The position numbers and the translations under genes are program-made. 43,090 bases of DNA from a virus (taxonomy: Duplodnaviria > Caudoviricetes), in the IMG/VR virus record IMGVR_UViG_3300032255_000004, positions 1 to 43,090 of that record; one strand, written 5' to 3'. The notes beneath the pieces are model-generated. The model had not been told where the DNA came from, searched no databases, and was given only the letters and a program-made list of their open reading frames with translations. This document shows, one piece after another, positions 6,028 to 16,436 of the stretch (positions are counted from its first letter, which is position 1; each line of letters starts with the position of its first letter).

Positions 6028-7917
6028 ATGGTTGATTTTACAAGCACTCCCGTCGTCGGTGACGAGCAGGTTATAAACGGTAAGCTGTTCCGCTGGGATG
6101 GGGAGAAATGGGGTGCAGTACGAGAAGTACGTCCTCTAGAAGTAACTACCCTGTTAACTATGTTGAACTCTAATAAATCGTACGCCCTTGGCTCGTATGT
6201 TAAGTTCTCAGGGTACTCTAACGTCTCTGACAGAGGCGCTTCTTTCTGGTCTCGGATCAATGAGACAGGGACTGCATCACAGACTCCTGCACAGCTCGGT
6301 GATGCTAAGTTCACAGATGCCTTAGGTCAAGTTTGGGAATACGTTCAGACTGAGGGTTATTTGAATCTAGCGGCAATCGGAGCTACGGGTGATGATTCAT
6401 TTGATAACAGTTCAGTGTTCGCCGCAGCAGTGAATTCTCGGTTCAAGTACTACAAACTGTTCTCCGGTGTTTATCAGTGTACAGGGATTACCCTCGACAG
6501 TGATTCTTGCTTAGAAGGCGTAGCAGGGGACCGTCCTGAACTAAAACTTAAAGATAACGGGAACAGTATTCTTGTGTACGGTGAAGGTGTCACTAATGTG
6601 ACTATCCGTGACCTTGTAGTGAACGGGAACCGACTGAATCAAGCAATAGGCTCTGGTAATAATTACCGAGGGGTCTATTTCCTGAACGCATGTTCCAATA
6701 TTGATATAGAAAATGTTACTGTTAAATCTTGTGTGGATCACGGGATATTCTTCTCTAACGGCGGCGTTCCTAGTAATGAGTGCGGAAAAGATAGCACAGT
6801 ACGTAACTGTATTGTAACTGATTGTGGTTCATCGGCCCATAGCTCTGGAGGCGGGGCTGGCGGTACAGGTATCGTAGGGGGTCAACGGTCTACACATTTC
6901 GTGAGTTGTATCTGTTACGGGAACCACTTGAACGGTTTCAAGAGTAACGGTACACATACGGGTTGTGAATCGTATTCTAACACAGGTGGTGGCTACGAAA
7001 CAGGCTTCGATTCACCAGCTACAACCCAAGCTAAATGGGTTCAGTGTTCTGCTGAAAACAACGGCGGAACTGGTTGGAGGAACCAAGGTGAGGGTGATGA
7101 GTTAACTTGGATCGGTTGCCTTGCAAAAGGTAATGGAGGTTCTGGAATTTTGTTCTTGAACTCTGTCGATAGCGCTATTGTTGCAGATTCATGGTTCATA
7201 AATAATGGACAGAACAGTGCCTCAGGTACACGATCAGATACTGAGGGCTTCGATGGAATAACATTCACAGGGACAAGCACAAACTCTAACAATATTATAG
7301 TTGACAGTTGCCAATTCAAAGATGATCAAGGTACGGCTACTCAAGAGACCCATCTGTACTTCAGGAAAGATACTCCTGATGTATGTATAACCGGAAGCAA
7401 TCAGTTCGGTGATGCCGGTATCCAGCCAATCTTTTTTGAAAGTGCTGCATACAGCTCAGACGTAGCTATCGGTGCATGTAAGGGTTTAACTACAACAGTT
7501 AATGAGATAACTCCTGTAATCATTACAGGGACAGTAGCTACTACATCACTGAATACCTCTGTAATTGACGCTCGTTCATTTGTTTCAGCTATGAAATTAA
7601 GGTTCACTTCTGTAGGGGTAGCCTCCGGTATCCAAGGAACTAAAGTAATTGAGTTCGGAGTAGGCGGTACATTTGTAACAATCTCATCACAGTTAGCGGG
7701 CGATCAAGATTCGTATGTACTCCAAAGCACACTGTACCGTCAAGGTTCTACAGTATACGTTGATTGGGAGTGCCGTACATCAGGTGGGGCTACCTTAGAG
7801 GGCAGCTTCTCTGTGAGTTCTTCTCTTGCTAATACGTTGACAATAAGTACTCGTGGAACACTAGGTAATGCTGCGGATAGCATCACATCTGACAGAACTG
7901 TACTAGAGTCATTCTAA
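6028..7917 (+). CDS. Tailspike 2, right-handed beta-helix (putative polysaccharide depolymerase)
   Basis: GATGDDSFDNS entry motif followed by many PbH1-like Asn/Gly/Cys repeats (NVTIRDLVVNGN, CSAENNGGTG, CLAKGNGGSG). Confidence 0.85.
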   Translation: MVDFTSTPVVGDEQVINGKLFRWDGEKWGAVREVRPLEVTTLLTMLNSNKSYALGSYVKFSGYSNVSDRGASFWSRINETGTASQTPAQLGDAKFTDALGQVWEYVQTEGYLNLAAIGATGDDSFDNSSVFAAAVNSRFKYYKLFSGVYQCTGITLDSDSCLEGVAGDRPELKLKDNGNSILVYGEGVTNVTIRDLVVNGNRLNQAIGSGNNYRGVYFLNACSNIDIENVTVKSCVDHGIFFSNGGVPSNECGKDSTVRNCIVTDCGSSAHSSGGGAGGTGIVGGQRSTHFVSCICYGNHLNGFKSNGTHTGCESYSNTGGGYETGFDSPATTQAKWVQCSAENNGGTGWRNQGEGDELTWIGCLAKGNGGSGILFLNSVDSAIVADSWFINNGQNSASGTRSDTEGFDGITFTGTSTNSNNIIVDSCQFKDDQGTATQETHLYFRKDTPDVCITGSNQFGDAGIQPIFFESAAYSSDVAIGACKGLTTTVNEITPVIITGTVATTSLNTSVIDARSFVSAMKLRFTSVGVASGIQGTKVIEFGVGGTFVTISSQLAGDQDSYVLQSTLYRQGSTVYVDWECRTSGGATLEGSFSVSSSLANTLTISTRGTLGNAADSITSDRTVLESF

Positions 7918-7925
7918 GGATTCAG

Positions 7926-8417
7926 ATGAAAACTAAATCAACGAACGGTGTTCAGCTTACACAAGGGTTATTCTTTGAGTTCAATAACAAAGAAGCCCCG
8001 TTTACTTTACGGACCGAAGACTACACATCCAAGGCAGGTAACACGTACACCAGCGTGTACCAAGTACTGATGAGCAGCGTAGATGAATACGAGGCTATCC
8101 ATAACTTAGGCTTAACTAAGCGTCATTGGGATAAGCTATGTGGATTGGACTGGTTCATGAACGGCCACTGGTTGAACAAGGAGACTCGCCTAACTGGCTT
8201 GACTCAATGGCGTAAGGATCTAATCCTGCGCGATCAGAGTACAGCTAAGCGAGCTTTATTGAATGCCATCGAGGGTGGTGATACTTCAGCTGCTAAGTTT
8301 CTGTACAGTGAGACAGTGAAGTCTGACGCTAAAGCGGGTAGACCTGAGAAAAAGGTTCCGAAGAAAACCACCAGCAGTGCTGTTACTCAGTTACGTAAGA
8401 TCCAAGGTATTGATTAG
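7926..8417 (+). CDS. terS: Putative terminase small subunit
   Basis: 163 aa directly upstream of and coupled to the large terminase; helical GDTSAAKFL segment. Confidence 0.6.
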   Translation: MKTKSTNGVQLTQGLFFEFNNKEAPFTLRTEDYTSKAGNTYTSVYQVLMSSVDEYEAIHNLGLTKRHWDKLCGLDWFMNGHWLNKETRLTGLTQWRKDLILRDQSTAKRALLNAIEGGDTSAAKFLYSETVKSDAKAGRPEKKVPKKTTSSAVTQLRKIQGID

Positions 8418-10033
8418 TGTCAGAGTTACAAGAAGCTAGGGAAATTTGTGAGCAAGACCTGTTCACATACGCTCAGATGATGTTCCCTAAGCGGTACTTC
8501 GGAGACCTTCATAGGGATATGTTCTGGTTCTTCCAGAAGTCTTTAGAGGAGGCTATGGAAGATGGCCTAGGTGATAATGCTGGAGCACTGGTTCCGCGAG
8601 ATCACCAGAAGAGTTTCTGTATTGCTGTAGCGTGTTCATGGGCTATAACTAAATACCCATGGTTCACAGTAGCGTACGTATCTAGTAACCCGAAGTTAGC
8701 TGAGAGTCAGTTAACAGTTATCAAGAACACATTCCAGTCTGACATCCACAGGGAACTTTGGCCTGAGATGTTGAACTACGAAATACATCCAAGAACGAAG
8801 CAGTTCGAACATAAGCCTTCCGGTACTTGGACTAAGACAGATATCGACGTAGATCATCCTGACCGTCCTAAGTCTGAGAAAGATCCTACTATACGTGCTA
8901 CCAGTGCTAAGAGTACAAACACTGGAGAACATTACAAGTTATGTATCTTTGATGATTTGGTAACTAACGAGAACTACAGGTCAGCAGCGGAACGTGAAGA
9001 GATCCGTGAAGTGTACCAGTCGTTTGCTAGTATTGCAACCACAGGTAGTATTAAATGGATGGTAGGAACTAGGTACGGGGATAATGACCTGTACGCTGAT
9101 CTGAAGCAGAAAACGTATCCTCTGTATGATGACCACGGTAATCTGATTGATGAGAAACCTTTATGGAAGTTCTTTGAACGTGTAACTGAAGACTCACGTA
9201 CAAGGGATGGAAGTGGTACATTCTGCTGGCCTCGTATGAAGATGCCAGATGGAAGTTGGTACGGGTTCAATCAGAACGAGTTAGCTAAGAAGAAAGCTGA
9301 TGCTTTTAATGAAGAACTGTTCTATGCTCAGTACTACAACGACCCTAATGCTGTAGCTACTGACCGATTAGATAAAGATTCATTTATGTACCTCCAGCCG
9401 AATATGCTTACTCAGAAGAACAGCACATGGTACTACAACAGTAAACCTTTGAAACTGAACTGCGGGATGGATTTAGCGTTCTCAGAGGGTTCAGGTGTTA
9501 AGAAGATGAAACGAGACTACACAGCAATCGCTGTAACAGGTTTCGACGATCAAGGTTACTGTTATGTACTCGACCTCAAAAGATTCCAAACTGGCAAGGC
9601 TGAGGTGTACTACCAAGAGCTTCTAGAGTTGTACGATTACTGGGGATTCCGTGAATGTACAATTGAGACGAATGCTGGTGGTAAAGTTGTAGCTAACTTC
9701 ATCCAAGATAGCCTTAGAGCTGATGGACACTTACTGGTAATACAAGGGCAGCATAAGAACCAAACACAGGGTTCTAAAGAAGAGCGTAATGCTTTAATGC
9801 TTGAGCCGATGTACAGACAGAAGAGTGTGTACCACACCAAAGGTGGATACAGTAGACTTCTAGAAGAAGAACTACGTTTGAACAAGCCACCACATGACGA
9901 TTTATCCGATGCTTTGTACATAGCAGTAAGCACAGCAAAGCGTCCTACGAAAGCAAGATTCACTACAAACCGTACAAGCCGGAATGTTATCCCAGCCGGA
10001 AACCGGTTCCAAAGTAGACAGCGAAGGGCTTAA
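8417..10033 (+). CDS. terL: Terminase large subunit
   Basis: Walker A variant VPRDHQKS, Walker B CIFDDL, motif III VGTRY, nuclease motifs GMDLAF, DYTAI and HDDLSDAL. Confidence 0.95.
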   Translation: MSELQEAREICEQDLFTYAQMMFPKRYFGDLHRDMFWFFQKSLEEAMEDGLGDNAGALVPRDHQKSFCIAVACSWAITKYPWFTVAYVSSNPKLAESQLTVIKNTFQSDIHRELWPEMLNYEIHPRTKQFEHKPSGTWTKTDIDVDHPDRPKSEKDPTIRATSAKSTNTGEHYKLCIFDDLVTNENYRSAAEREEIREVYQSFASIATTGSIKWMVGTRYGDNDLYADLKQKTYPLYDDHGNLIDEKPLWKFFERVTEDSRTRDGSGTFCWPRMKMPDGSWYGFNQNELAKKKADAFNEELFYAQYYNDPNAVATDRLDKDSFMYLQPNMLTQKNSTWYYNSKPLKLNCGMDLAFSEGSGVKKMKRDYTAIAVTGFDDQGYCYVLDLKRFQTGKAEVYYQELLELYDYWGFRECTIETNAGGKVVANFIQDSLRADGHLLVIQGQHKNQTQGSKEERNALMLEPMYRQKSVYHTKGGYSRLLEEELRLNKPPHDDLSDALYIAVSTAKRPTKARFTTNRTSRNVIPAGNRFQSRQRRA

Positions 10034-10036
10034 TTA

Positions 10037-11815
10037 ATGCAATCAGTAACAATACAAGATTACAGCAGCAGTACAATCACTGCAAGCGCAATTGCTAATC
10101 TTTGGTTCGAATGGAATAACTACCGTGTTAACGCTAGAAACCTTTGGGGCGAGATAGATTCTTATATCCATGCTACCGATACTCAGAACTTCGTAGGGAG
10201 TGGAAGCTTTGACCATAGCACCCATATTCCCGTAGTTAGTGAGATACATGAAGACCTTTTAGCAATCCTGTACAGCACCATCCTCCCTCATGAAGATTGG
10301 TTAGGTTGGAGAGGCCATGCTTTTGATATTGAACTGAAGACTAAGCGTAAGAAATTACTAACGTACATCAAGCAAGTGAACCGTGAGAACAACTTCCGTT
10401 TAACTATGCGTCAGATCATTGATGACTTCTGTAGATACGGTAATGCCTTCGCACAGACAGTGTACAAAGATGAGACGCATCTGAACCCTGAAGGTGAACT
10501 TGAAGTAGGTTTCAGTGGCCCTTGTCTGAAGCGTATATCTCCGTACGATATCGTGTTCAATCCTACTGCTTCCGATTTCAGCAAGACTGGTAAGGTTATC
10601 CGCAGTATGATGTCTGTAGGGGAGTTCCTGCAATGGACTGACTCCCTGAAGGCAGCGGGTCATGAGATAGACAAAGAAGCTGCACAGGCTGTCCTAGACC
10701 GTCGTGGAGGGGGTTCTCAGACAGCAGATACCTCTAACGTACAGAAGAACAACCAGTACGTTCCTGACGGGTACGGTACAATAGAGCAGTACTACCAGTC
10801 TGGATTTGTCGAGGTACTATGGTTCTACGGTAGCGTGTACGATGCTAACGAGCAGAAGGTACATAACGGTAGATTAATTATTATCACTGACCGTACTAAT
10901 GTGCTCCTTGATAAGTTCGAACCTGACTGTCGTATCTTTAAAGCTGGGTGGAAACCTAGACCTGATAACCTATGGAGTCAGGGACCTCTAGATAACATCA
11001 TCGGCATTAATTATATGATCAACCATCGTGAGAACGCTAAGAACGATGCTATTGATAAGTTCATTTATCCTGACCGTGCTTATGTAGGCGAGGTAGATGA
11101 GATCTATGATGAAGTAACTGGTCATACGAAGTACATCATGCCTGAGGGCGGTAGCGTAACAGATATCAGTCCAGATAGCACAGTACTTTCTTACGATAAC
11201 CAAATCGTGATGCACTTAGAGATGGCACGTAGAGCTGCAAGACTTCCTCAGCAATTAGCAGGGTTCAGAACCCCCGGAGAGAAAACAGCTCAAGAGGTTC
11301 AATCTCTGAACGATGGAGCCTTCCGAGGATTCATTAACAAAGCTGAGCAGTTCGAGCAAGAGTTCTTAGAGCCAGTGATTACAGCGTTCATTCAAATAGC
11401 TAAAGAGAACTTCCGTACAATTATAGAAGTCCTAGGTGAAGATACTGATGGTGTGATTGAAGTTATGAGTATTACCCGTGCTGATCTTGAAGCTAACGGT
11501 AAGATGGTTCCACAAGGAGCACGTCGATTCGCTCGTAACATCCAACAGCTTTCAGGTCTGAACCAGTTATTTGCAAGTAACGCAGCTCAGTTCTTAGGTA
11601 CACATATGAACACGTTCAACCTAGCTAAGACTTGGGAAACATTATCAGGGTTCGATGACTACGATATCATTCAACGTTTCGCAGCCATAGATGAGTCTAC
11701 AGAGGCTCAGAAGTTCCAAGCTGAAGCAGAGCGTGAGTTAGTAGATACATTGTCTCAACCGTCCGTACAGGAGATGCAGCAGAATGCAGATCAGAATACC
11801 GAACTTCCTGAGTAA
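10037..11815 (+). CDS. Portal (head-tail connector) protein
   Basis: 592 aa after TerL; YGNAF, RISPYDIVFNP and EKTAQEV motifs of podoviral portals. Confidence 0.9.
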   Translation: MQSVTIQDYSSSTITASAIANLWFEWNNYRVNARNLWGEIDSYIHATDTQNFVGSGSFDHSTHIPVVSEIHEDLLAILYSTILPHEDWLGWRGHAFDIELKTKRKKLLTYIKQVNRENNFRLTMRQIIDDFCRYGNAFAQTVYKDETHLNPEGELEVGFSGPCLKRISPYDIVFNPTASDFSKTGKVIRSMMSVGEFLQWTDSLKAAGHEIDKEAAQAVLDRRGGGSQTADTSNVQKNNQYVPDGYGTIEQYYQSGFVEVLWFYGSVYDANEQKVHNGRLIIITDRTNVLLDKFEPDCRIFKAGWKPRPDNLWSQGPLDNIIGINYMINHRENAKNDAIDKFIYPDRAYVGEVDEIYDEVTGHTKYIMPEGGSVTDISPDSTVLSYDNQIVMHLEMARRAARLPQQLAGFRTPGEKTAQEVQSLNDGAFRGFINKAEQFEQEFLEPVITAFIQIAKENFRTIIEVLGEDTDGVIEVMSITRADLEANGKMVPQGARRFARNIQQLSGLNQLFASNAAQFLGTHMNTFNLAKTWETLSGFDDYDIIQRFAAIDESTEAQKFQAEAERELVDTLSQPSVQEMQQNADQNTELPE

Positions 11816-12068
11816 GCGTAAAGCTAACTGTAAGACCCCAGCTGAGGTTGAGGAACTTATAGCGAAGTACAGGAATTGGGTACAGAGTGACATCACTCAA
11901 GAGTTCGTTCAGAACTTAGACCACCAGATACTAGAAAAACTAAAACAAGACGAGAAAGAAACGGGATTCACCACAAGGTTCCAATTCGATTTCAACCAAG
12001 CACATTCTAGGGGTTTCCGAGAAGCTCTTAGATCCATAACCAAACAGTTCAACTACGAGGTTAAATAA
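11784..12068 (+). CDS. Hypothetical head-module protein
   Basis: 94-aa ORF between portal and scaffold, with GGAG RBS. Confidence 0.7.
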   Translation: MQIRIPNFLSKRKANCKTPAEVEELIAKYRNWVQSDITQEFVQNLDHQILEKLKQDEKETGFTTRFQFDFNQAHSRGFREALRSITKQFNYEVK

Positions 12069-12856
12069 TGTCTGACCAAGACACAAAAACGCCACCAGCA
12101 GCTGACCCTGCATCGCAAGACTCAGAACAGAATTCCAAACCTTTGTTCTCCGTAGACGGTCGTGATTACGATCAGGATGCAGCAGTCACTAAAATTAAGA
12201 ATGCTGATGCGTTCATCGACACACTTAAAACAGAAACAAAGGAAAAAGATCAGGAAATCGCTAATCTCAAGGCTCAGCTCGACCAAGCTAAGAAACTAGA
12301 AGATGCTCTTGAATCCATGAAGCAAACTTCAAATGAGGTTAATGATATGTCTGGAAATACTGACGCGACAACGACAGTAGATGTAGAAGCTCTCAGAGCA
12401 GAGCTTATTAAGCAAGCACAGGAAGCGGCAACTAGTTCCGTAAGTACTATGAAACAGCAAGAGATTGCTGGATCGAACCAAGCAGAAAGCATAGCGGCAG
12501 CTAAGGCACTGTACGGTAGTGATTACGAATCGAAGTTACGTGAGACTGGCGCAGAGTTAGGATTGGATGATCAGGCTATAGATTCAATGGCTAAGAGTAA
12601 TCCAAAACTATTCAAAAGAACTTTTGGCTTGAACACCAAATCAAACACCGGCTTGTTTGCAGACGGTTCTCAGAACGCAGGGGTCACAGTACCTAAACCT
12701 GATCTGAAGAACGTAAGTAAACATTGGTCCAGCACTGATAAAGTTGGAGCACAGATGTCTAATGAGGCAGCTGTTATGAAGATGATTAAAGATGCTGGAG
12801 GTGACTACGATGCTGTAGCTCGCTCCTTAGGTGTTAATATCAAAAACTACGCGTAA
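12068..12856 (+). CDS. Capsid scaffolding protein
   Basis: Acidic, coiled-coil protein immediately upstream of the major capsid gene. Confidence 0.8.
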   Translation: MSDQDTKTPPAADPASQDSEQNSKPLFSVDGRDYDQDAAVTKIKNADAFIDTLKTETKEKDQEIANLKAQLDQAKKLEDALESMKQTSNEVNDMSGNTDATTTVDVEALRAELIKQAQEAATSSVSTMKQQEIAGSNQAESIAAAKALYGSDYESKLRETGAELGLDDQAIDSMAKSNPKLFKRTFGLNTKSNTGLFADGSQNAGVTVPKPDLKNVSKHWSSTDKVGAQMSNEAAVMKMIKDAGGDYDAVARSLGVNIKNYA

Positions 12857-12881
12857 AGCGTTTAATTCTACGAGGTAAATT

Positions 12882-13844
12882 ATGACTGTAGCAACAGCTC
12901 CTAATACTCCAAATGTTGTCCGTCAACTTCTGTATGCAACAGAGCTACAGAAACGTATCAAGGACCGTTTGGTAGGTCGTCCGTTATTTAACGACCGCAC
13001 ATCACAACTAGGTGATGGTGACGAACTTAAAATCACTCAAATCGGCCAACGTCTGTTAAAAGACCACACCGATGGTTCTCCTATCGACTTCAGTAAGATC
13101 GACACTTCTCGTATCACACTTCAGGTAACTGAAGCATACGAAGATGGTTTCGCTGTAACTGATGACCTTAAAGAAGACTCTCACCAATTCGCTGACTACT
13201 GGGCAACCAATGTTAACGAGTCAGGTCTTGCCTTCGAGCGTCAAATGGAGACTGATGTATTGGCTGTTTCTAGCCAACAAACTCCTAGTGATCAGAACTT
13301 GATTAACGGTCAAGCACATAGACGTGTAGCATCGGGTACTAACCAAGTTATGACCATTGAAGATTTCAACCGTATGAAGTTAGCTTTCGATAAAGCTCGT
13401 GTTCCTTATCAGAACCGTGTAGCTATTATCGACCCTACTGTAGAGTTCCAACTTAACCAGTTAGTGAACGTTACAGAGGTAAGCAACGGCTCAACCTTTA
13501 ACTACGACTTCCAAGGTCTAGTACAAGAAGGTTTTGGTCAAGAACTTAACATCGTCCGTAACATCCTAGGCTGGAACATTATAATCTCGGATCACCTTCC
13601 TAAAGGTTTGGCTGAGACTATTGACAGTGTTGCAGTAACTAACGGTGTAGCTAACGTGTTCATGAGTATGGCTTCTGCCGACTTAATGCCTTTCATGGGT
13701 GTTATTCGTCGTATGCCTGATCCTGAGTTCTTCCGTAACGTTAACTTACGTCAAGATGAATGGACAGCCACAGCTCGCTGGGGTTTCCAGATCCAACGTC
13801 CAGAGACTCTAGGCGTAATCATCACTGACGAAACATCACTTTAA
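12882..13844 (+). CDS. Major capsid protein
   Basis: 320 aa, strong RBS, highly biased codons; GDELKITQIG, VPYQNRVAIIDP and WGFQIQRPE are typical of T7/P22-like HK97-fold capsids. Confidence 0.9.
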   Translation: MTVATAPNTPNVVRQLLYATELQKRIKDRLVGRPLFNDRTSQLGDGDELKITQIGQRLLKDHTDGSPIDFSKIDTSRITLQVTEAYEDGFAVTDDLKEDSHQFADYWATNVNESGLAFERQMETDVLAVSSQQTPSDQNLINGQAHRRVASGTNQVMTIEDFNRMKLAFDKARVPYQNRVAIIDPTVEFQLNQLVNVTEVSNGSTFNYDFQGLVQEGFGQELNIVRNILGWNIIISDHLPKGLAETIDSVAVTNGVANVFMSMASADLMPFMGVIRRMPDPEFFRNVNLRQDEWTATARWGFQIQRPETLGVIITDETSL

Positions 13845-13854
13845 GGAGTAACTA

Positions 13855-14322
13855 ATGTCTTTTGATTTTAAAGCACAGAACGCCAATAACACTGGCTACC
13901 CAGCAACTGCTTACACAGCAAGTTCTGCTGGTAAATACGGTGGTGATTCTGGTACAGGCTCGGGTCAAACCAAGTACCGTGTACTAGATTACACCATTGA
14001 CCTCTCTGATACTGCTGTTGCAGTTGATGCAGAGTTCGCGGCTGTTATCCCATCAGGTGCAACTATTGTATCTGCTGAGGCTAAAGTAACTGGCACTGTT
14101 GCAGGTGGTACAGGTCTGAATGTAGGTTTGGTTAATCCAGACGGTACATCGGCTGATGCTGATGCACTAGTTGTTGCAGCCTCTGCTACAGGTACTACTG
14201 TTGGTTCTTACTTCGCAGGAGCTGGCGTAGCCGTTGGCACTTCAGTAAGCGCTGACAAGCAAGTAACTGCTGGTGGCCGTACATCAGGTGTTGTTGAAGT
14301 ACGTATTACGTACATCCCATAA
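13855..14322 (+). CDS. Abundant structural protein (capsid decoration-like)
   Basis: Ala/Gly/Thr/Val-rich beta protein (IPSGATIVSA) co-transcribed with the capsid gene before a terminator. Confidence 0.7.
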   Translation: MSFDFKAQNANNTGYPATAYTASSAGKYGGDSGTGSGQTKYRVLDYTIDLSDTAVAVDAEFAAVIPSGATIVSAEAKVTGTVAGGTGLNVGLVNPDGTSADADALVVAASATGTTVGSYFAGAGVAVGTSVSADKQVTAGGRTSGVVEVRITYIP

Positions 14323-14327
14323 CGGAT

Positions 14328-14350
14328 GGGCCTTCGGGCCCTCCTTTTTA
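14328..14350 (+). terminator. Rho-independent terminator after the capsid operon
   Basis: GGGCC-TTCG-GGCCC-tccttttt. Confidence 0.85.
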
Positions 14351-14361
14351 ATGAGGTTCAG

Positions 14362-15165
14362 ATGCAATTAACATTACTTCAGGTTGTTCAGAAATATATG
14401 GACCGTACATCAGGGTTTCCCGTAGCAAGTATTACGGATCTTGATGAAGCGTTACAAGTAGCATCTGTAGCTGAAGATGTGTTCTATGAGATGGTTCAGA
14501 TGTATCCAAATCTCTTGTTCACACAGAAATCGAGAACACTGGATTCAGTTGGGGATATCACCCGTCCGAATTACCTAAAAATCCCTGAAGCTTTACAACG
14601 TATTCAAGAGAGTGTGTTGTACTACAACGTATCCAAGGGTGTTAATAACACCACTGATTACAAAGAAATTCCTTATGTTACGCCATTAGAGTTCTTATCG
14701 CGTACATCTAGATACACTGATACAGATACCAATACTTCTGTAATTCAAGGGTACAACAACGAGACTACAGTTGTGTACACTGACAGTGATCCTAATTTTT
14801 ACACATCTTTCGATGGTGTGTACATCACAACAGATTCTTATAACTCAGCCCTAGATAGCACCCTTCAAGCATCTAAGACGAAGGTAGTAAGTACCGAGAT
14901 GCCAGAGTGGACTCAAGAAGATCAATTCGTGATTCCAATCCCTGACAGATTAACCAGTCACTACCTGAACATGGTCCTAGACCAAGCTTATAACGATGTA
15001 CGTCAAGAGCGTAACGGAGCTATTGCACAGAAAGCCCGTACAGCTCGTATTAAGTTACAACAAGATTCTCGACAGGTTGGTTCAGCAGGTAAACCTAAAA
15101 ATAAATACGGTCGTCAACGTTCAGGTAATGTTTACGGCAGTAGAAACAGAATGAGTAATTCCTAA
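14362..15165 (+). CDS. Tail tubular protein A / adaptor (T7 gp11-like)
   Basis: Start corrected to ATG 14362 (GAGG RBS); MQLTLLQVVQ N-terminus, size and position. Confidence 0.7.
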   Translation: MQLTLLQVVQKYMDRTSGFPVASITDLDEALQVASVAEDVFYEMVQMYPNLLFTQKSRTLDSVGDITRPNYLKIPEALQRIQESVLYYNVSKGVNNTTDYKEIPYVTPLEFLSRTSRYTDTDTNTSVIQGYNNETTVVYTDSDPNFYTSFDGVYITTDSYNSALDSTLQASKTKVVSTEMPEWTQEDQFVIPIPDRLTSHYLNMVLDQAYNDVRQERNGAIAQKARTARIKLQQDSRQVGSAGKPKNKYGRQRSGNVYGSRNRMSNS

Positions 15166-15539
15166 TGATGAATAGTTTACGATCAGTAGCTGAGTCTGTA
15201 CAGCGCCCTAACAGTGAAATCAACTTAGAGTTCACAGGTTACGGTTACAGATGGGTAGGGAAGTCAGTCCCTAGAAGTATGCAAGGTTTGTGGTTAAGTC
15301 CAGATGCGGCTGTCCAAGCTTCTAAGTCTTTTGAAAAAGAACTCACTAAGAAAGCAGAGCACAAGGCTAAGCATGTGAACGCAGAGATCACGGATCTAGA
15401 GCAACTCGATATTCTTACGCGTAAGCATGAGTTACTAGACTTTGCGGAGAGCCGTAACCTTGAAGTACCCTCAGATATCAAACAGCCTGCAAAGATTAAA
15501 AAACTTCTTAAAGAAACTCTGGAGGAAGCTAATGCCTAG
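15165..15539 (+). CDS. Hypothetical protein
   Basis: 124-aa coupled ORF in the tail module. Confidence 0.7.
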   Translation: MMNSLRSVAESVQRPNSEINLEFTGYGYRWVGKSVPRSMQGLWLSPDAAVQASKSFEKELTKKAEHKAKHVNAEITDLEQLDILTRKHELLDFAESRNLEVPSDIKQPAKIKKLLKETLEEANA

Positions 15540-16428
15540 AGCAGTCGGCTCCAAGGATTACACTAATCTTGCAAAGGGTTTGATCACAGAAAGCTCTGAG
15601 TTAGAGTTTCCTGACGGAGCGACTTCTGATGAGCTTAATTTCTTATTAGACTCGAAAGGTATTAAACGTGTTAAGCGTAAAGGTTTTGAGTTCATAGATT
15701 CTATCCCGTACGTTATGACTACTTTAGATTCATCTTCAGAAGTGAAGTACGGTGGTACAAAGTACTGGCAGAATGCTGATGTGTTCGTTAGTACGTTCTA
15801 TGACACTACGAACTTACATATTCAGATCCTATCGGGGGATGACTTCTCTGTACTAGGCAGCACAAGCTTCGGTACGGATGTCCCTACTGAAGATTTAGTT
15901 TCCATGGCCCCTTTAGCGGATTACTTCGTTATTATGTCAGGGAAAGGGAACACCCATACAGTCCTTGAGTACAAACAAGAAGTACCGAGTATTGATGTTA
16001 ATCTGTTCAATTTGTACCGTAGGGACTTCACCCTTGTGGACGATGGACTCGCATTGTCAGAGAGGCCGAGCAGCTTGAATAACGACCATGAGTACAACTT
16101 AGTTAATGCTGATTGGTACTCTACTCGTAAAGACTCGGGGGCTAACTTTGTAGATCCTGTAGCTCAGTTCTACACAGATTCAACTAATACAGAGTACCCT
16201 AGTAATTCTGATATAGCTAAACTTGGTTTGAAGGTAGACGGTTCAGGTAATGAAGTGTTCAGTAGAGATACTTTACTAGAGTCTCCTGTAGGTAACACTG
16301 AAGCAGCCCGTGGACATTTTGTGTACGCCCTGAATGATTTGAACCGTGAAGCACGTCGCCTGAATCCTTTGAATGACGGTGCTCCGAGTACAACAATCTC
16401 TTCTACTCTAACCACTATTAACCTTTAA
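15532..16428 (+). CDS. Tail tubular protein B / nozzle, N-terminal part
   Basis: Start corrected to ATG 15532 (GGAGG RBS); KGLITES..FP..RVKRKGF resembles the N-terminus of gp12/P22 gp10-type nozzle proteins. Confidence 0.6.
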   Translation: MPRAVGSKDYTNLAKGLITESSELEFPDGATSDELNFLLDSKGIKRVKRKGFEFIDSIPYVMTTLDSSSEVKYGGTKYWQNADVFVSTFYDTTNLHIQILSGDDFSVLGSTSFGTDVPTEDLVSMAPLADYFVIMSGKGNTHTVLEYKQEVPSIDVNLFNLYRRDFTLVDDGLALSERPSSLNNDHEYNLVNADWYSTRKDSGANFVDPVAQFYTDSTNTEYPSNSDIAKLGLKVDGSGNEVFSRDTLLESPVGNTEAARGHFVYALNDLNREARRLNPLNDGAPSTTISSTLTTINL

Positions 16429-16436
16429 GAGAACCG

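Noticed and set aside
13836-13860. Programmed +1 frameshift at capsid CTT TAA fusing to the next gene
   Set aside because: The +1 frame hits a stop (TTT AAG GAG TAA) before the downstream ATG, which has its own strong RBS.
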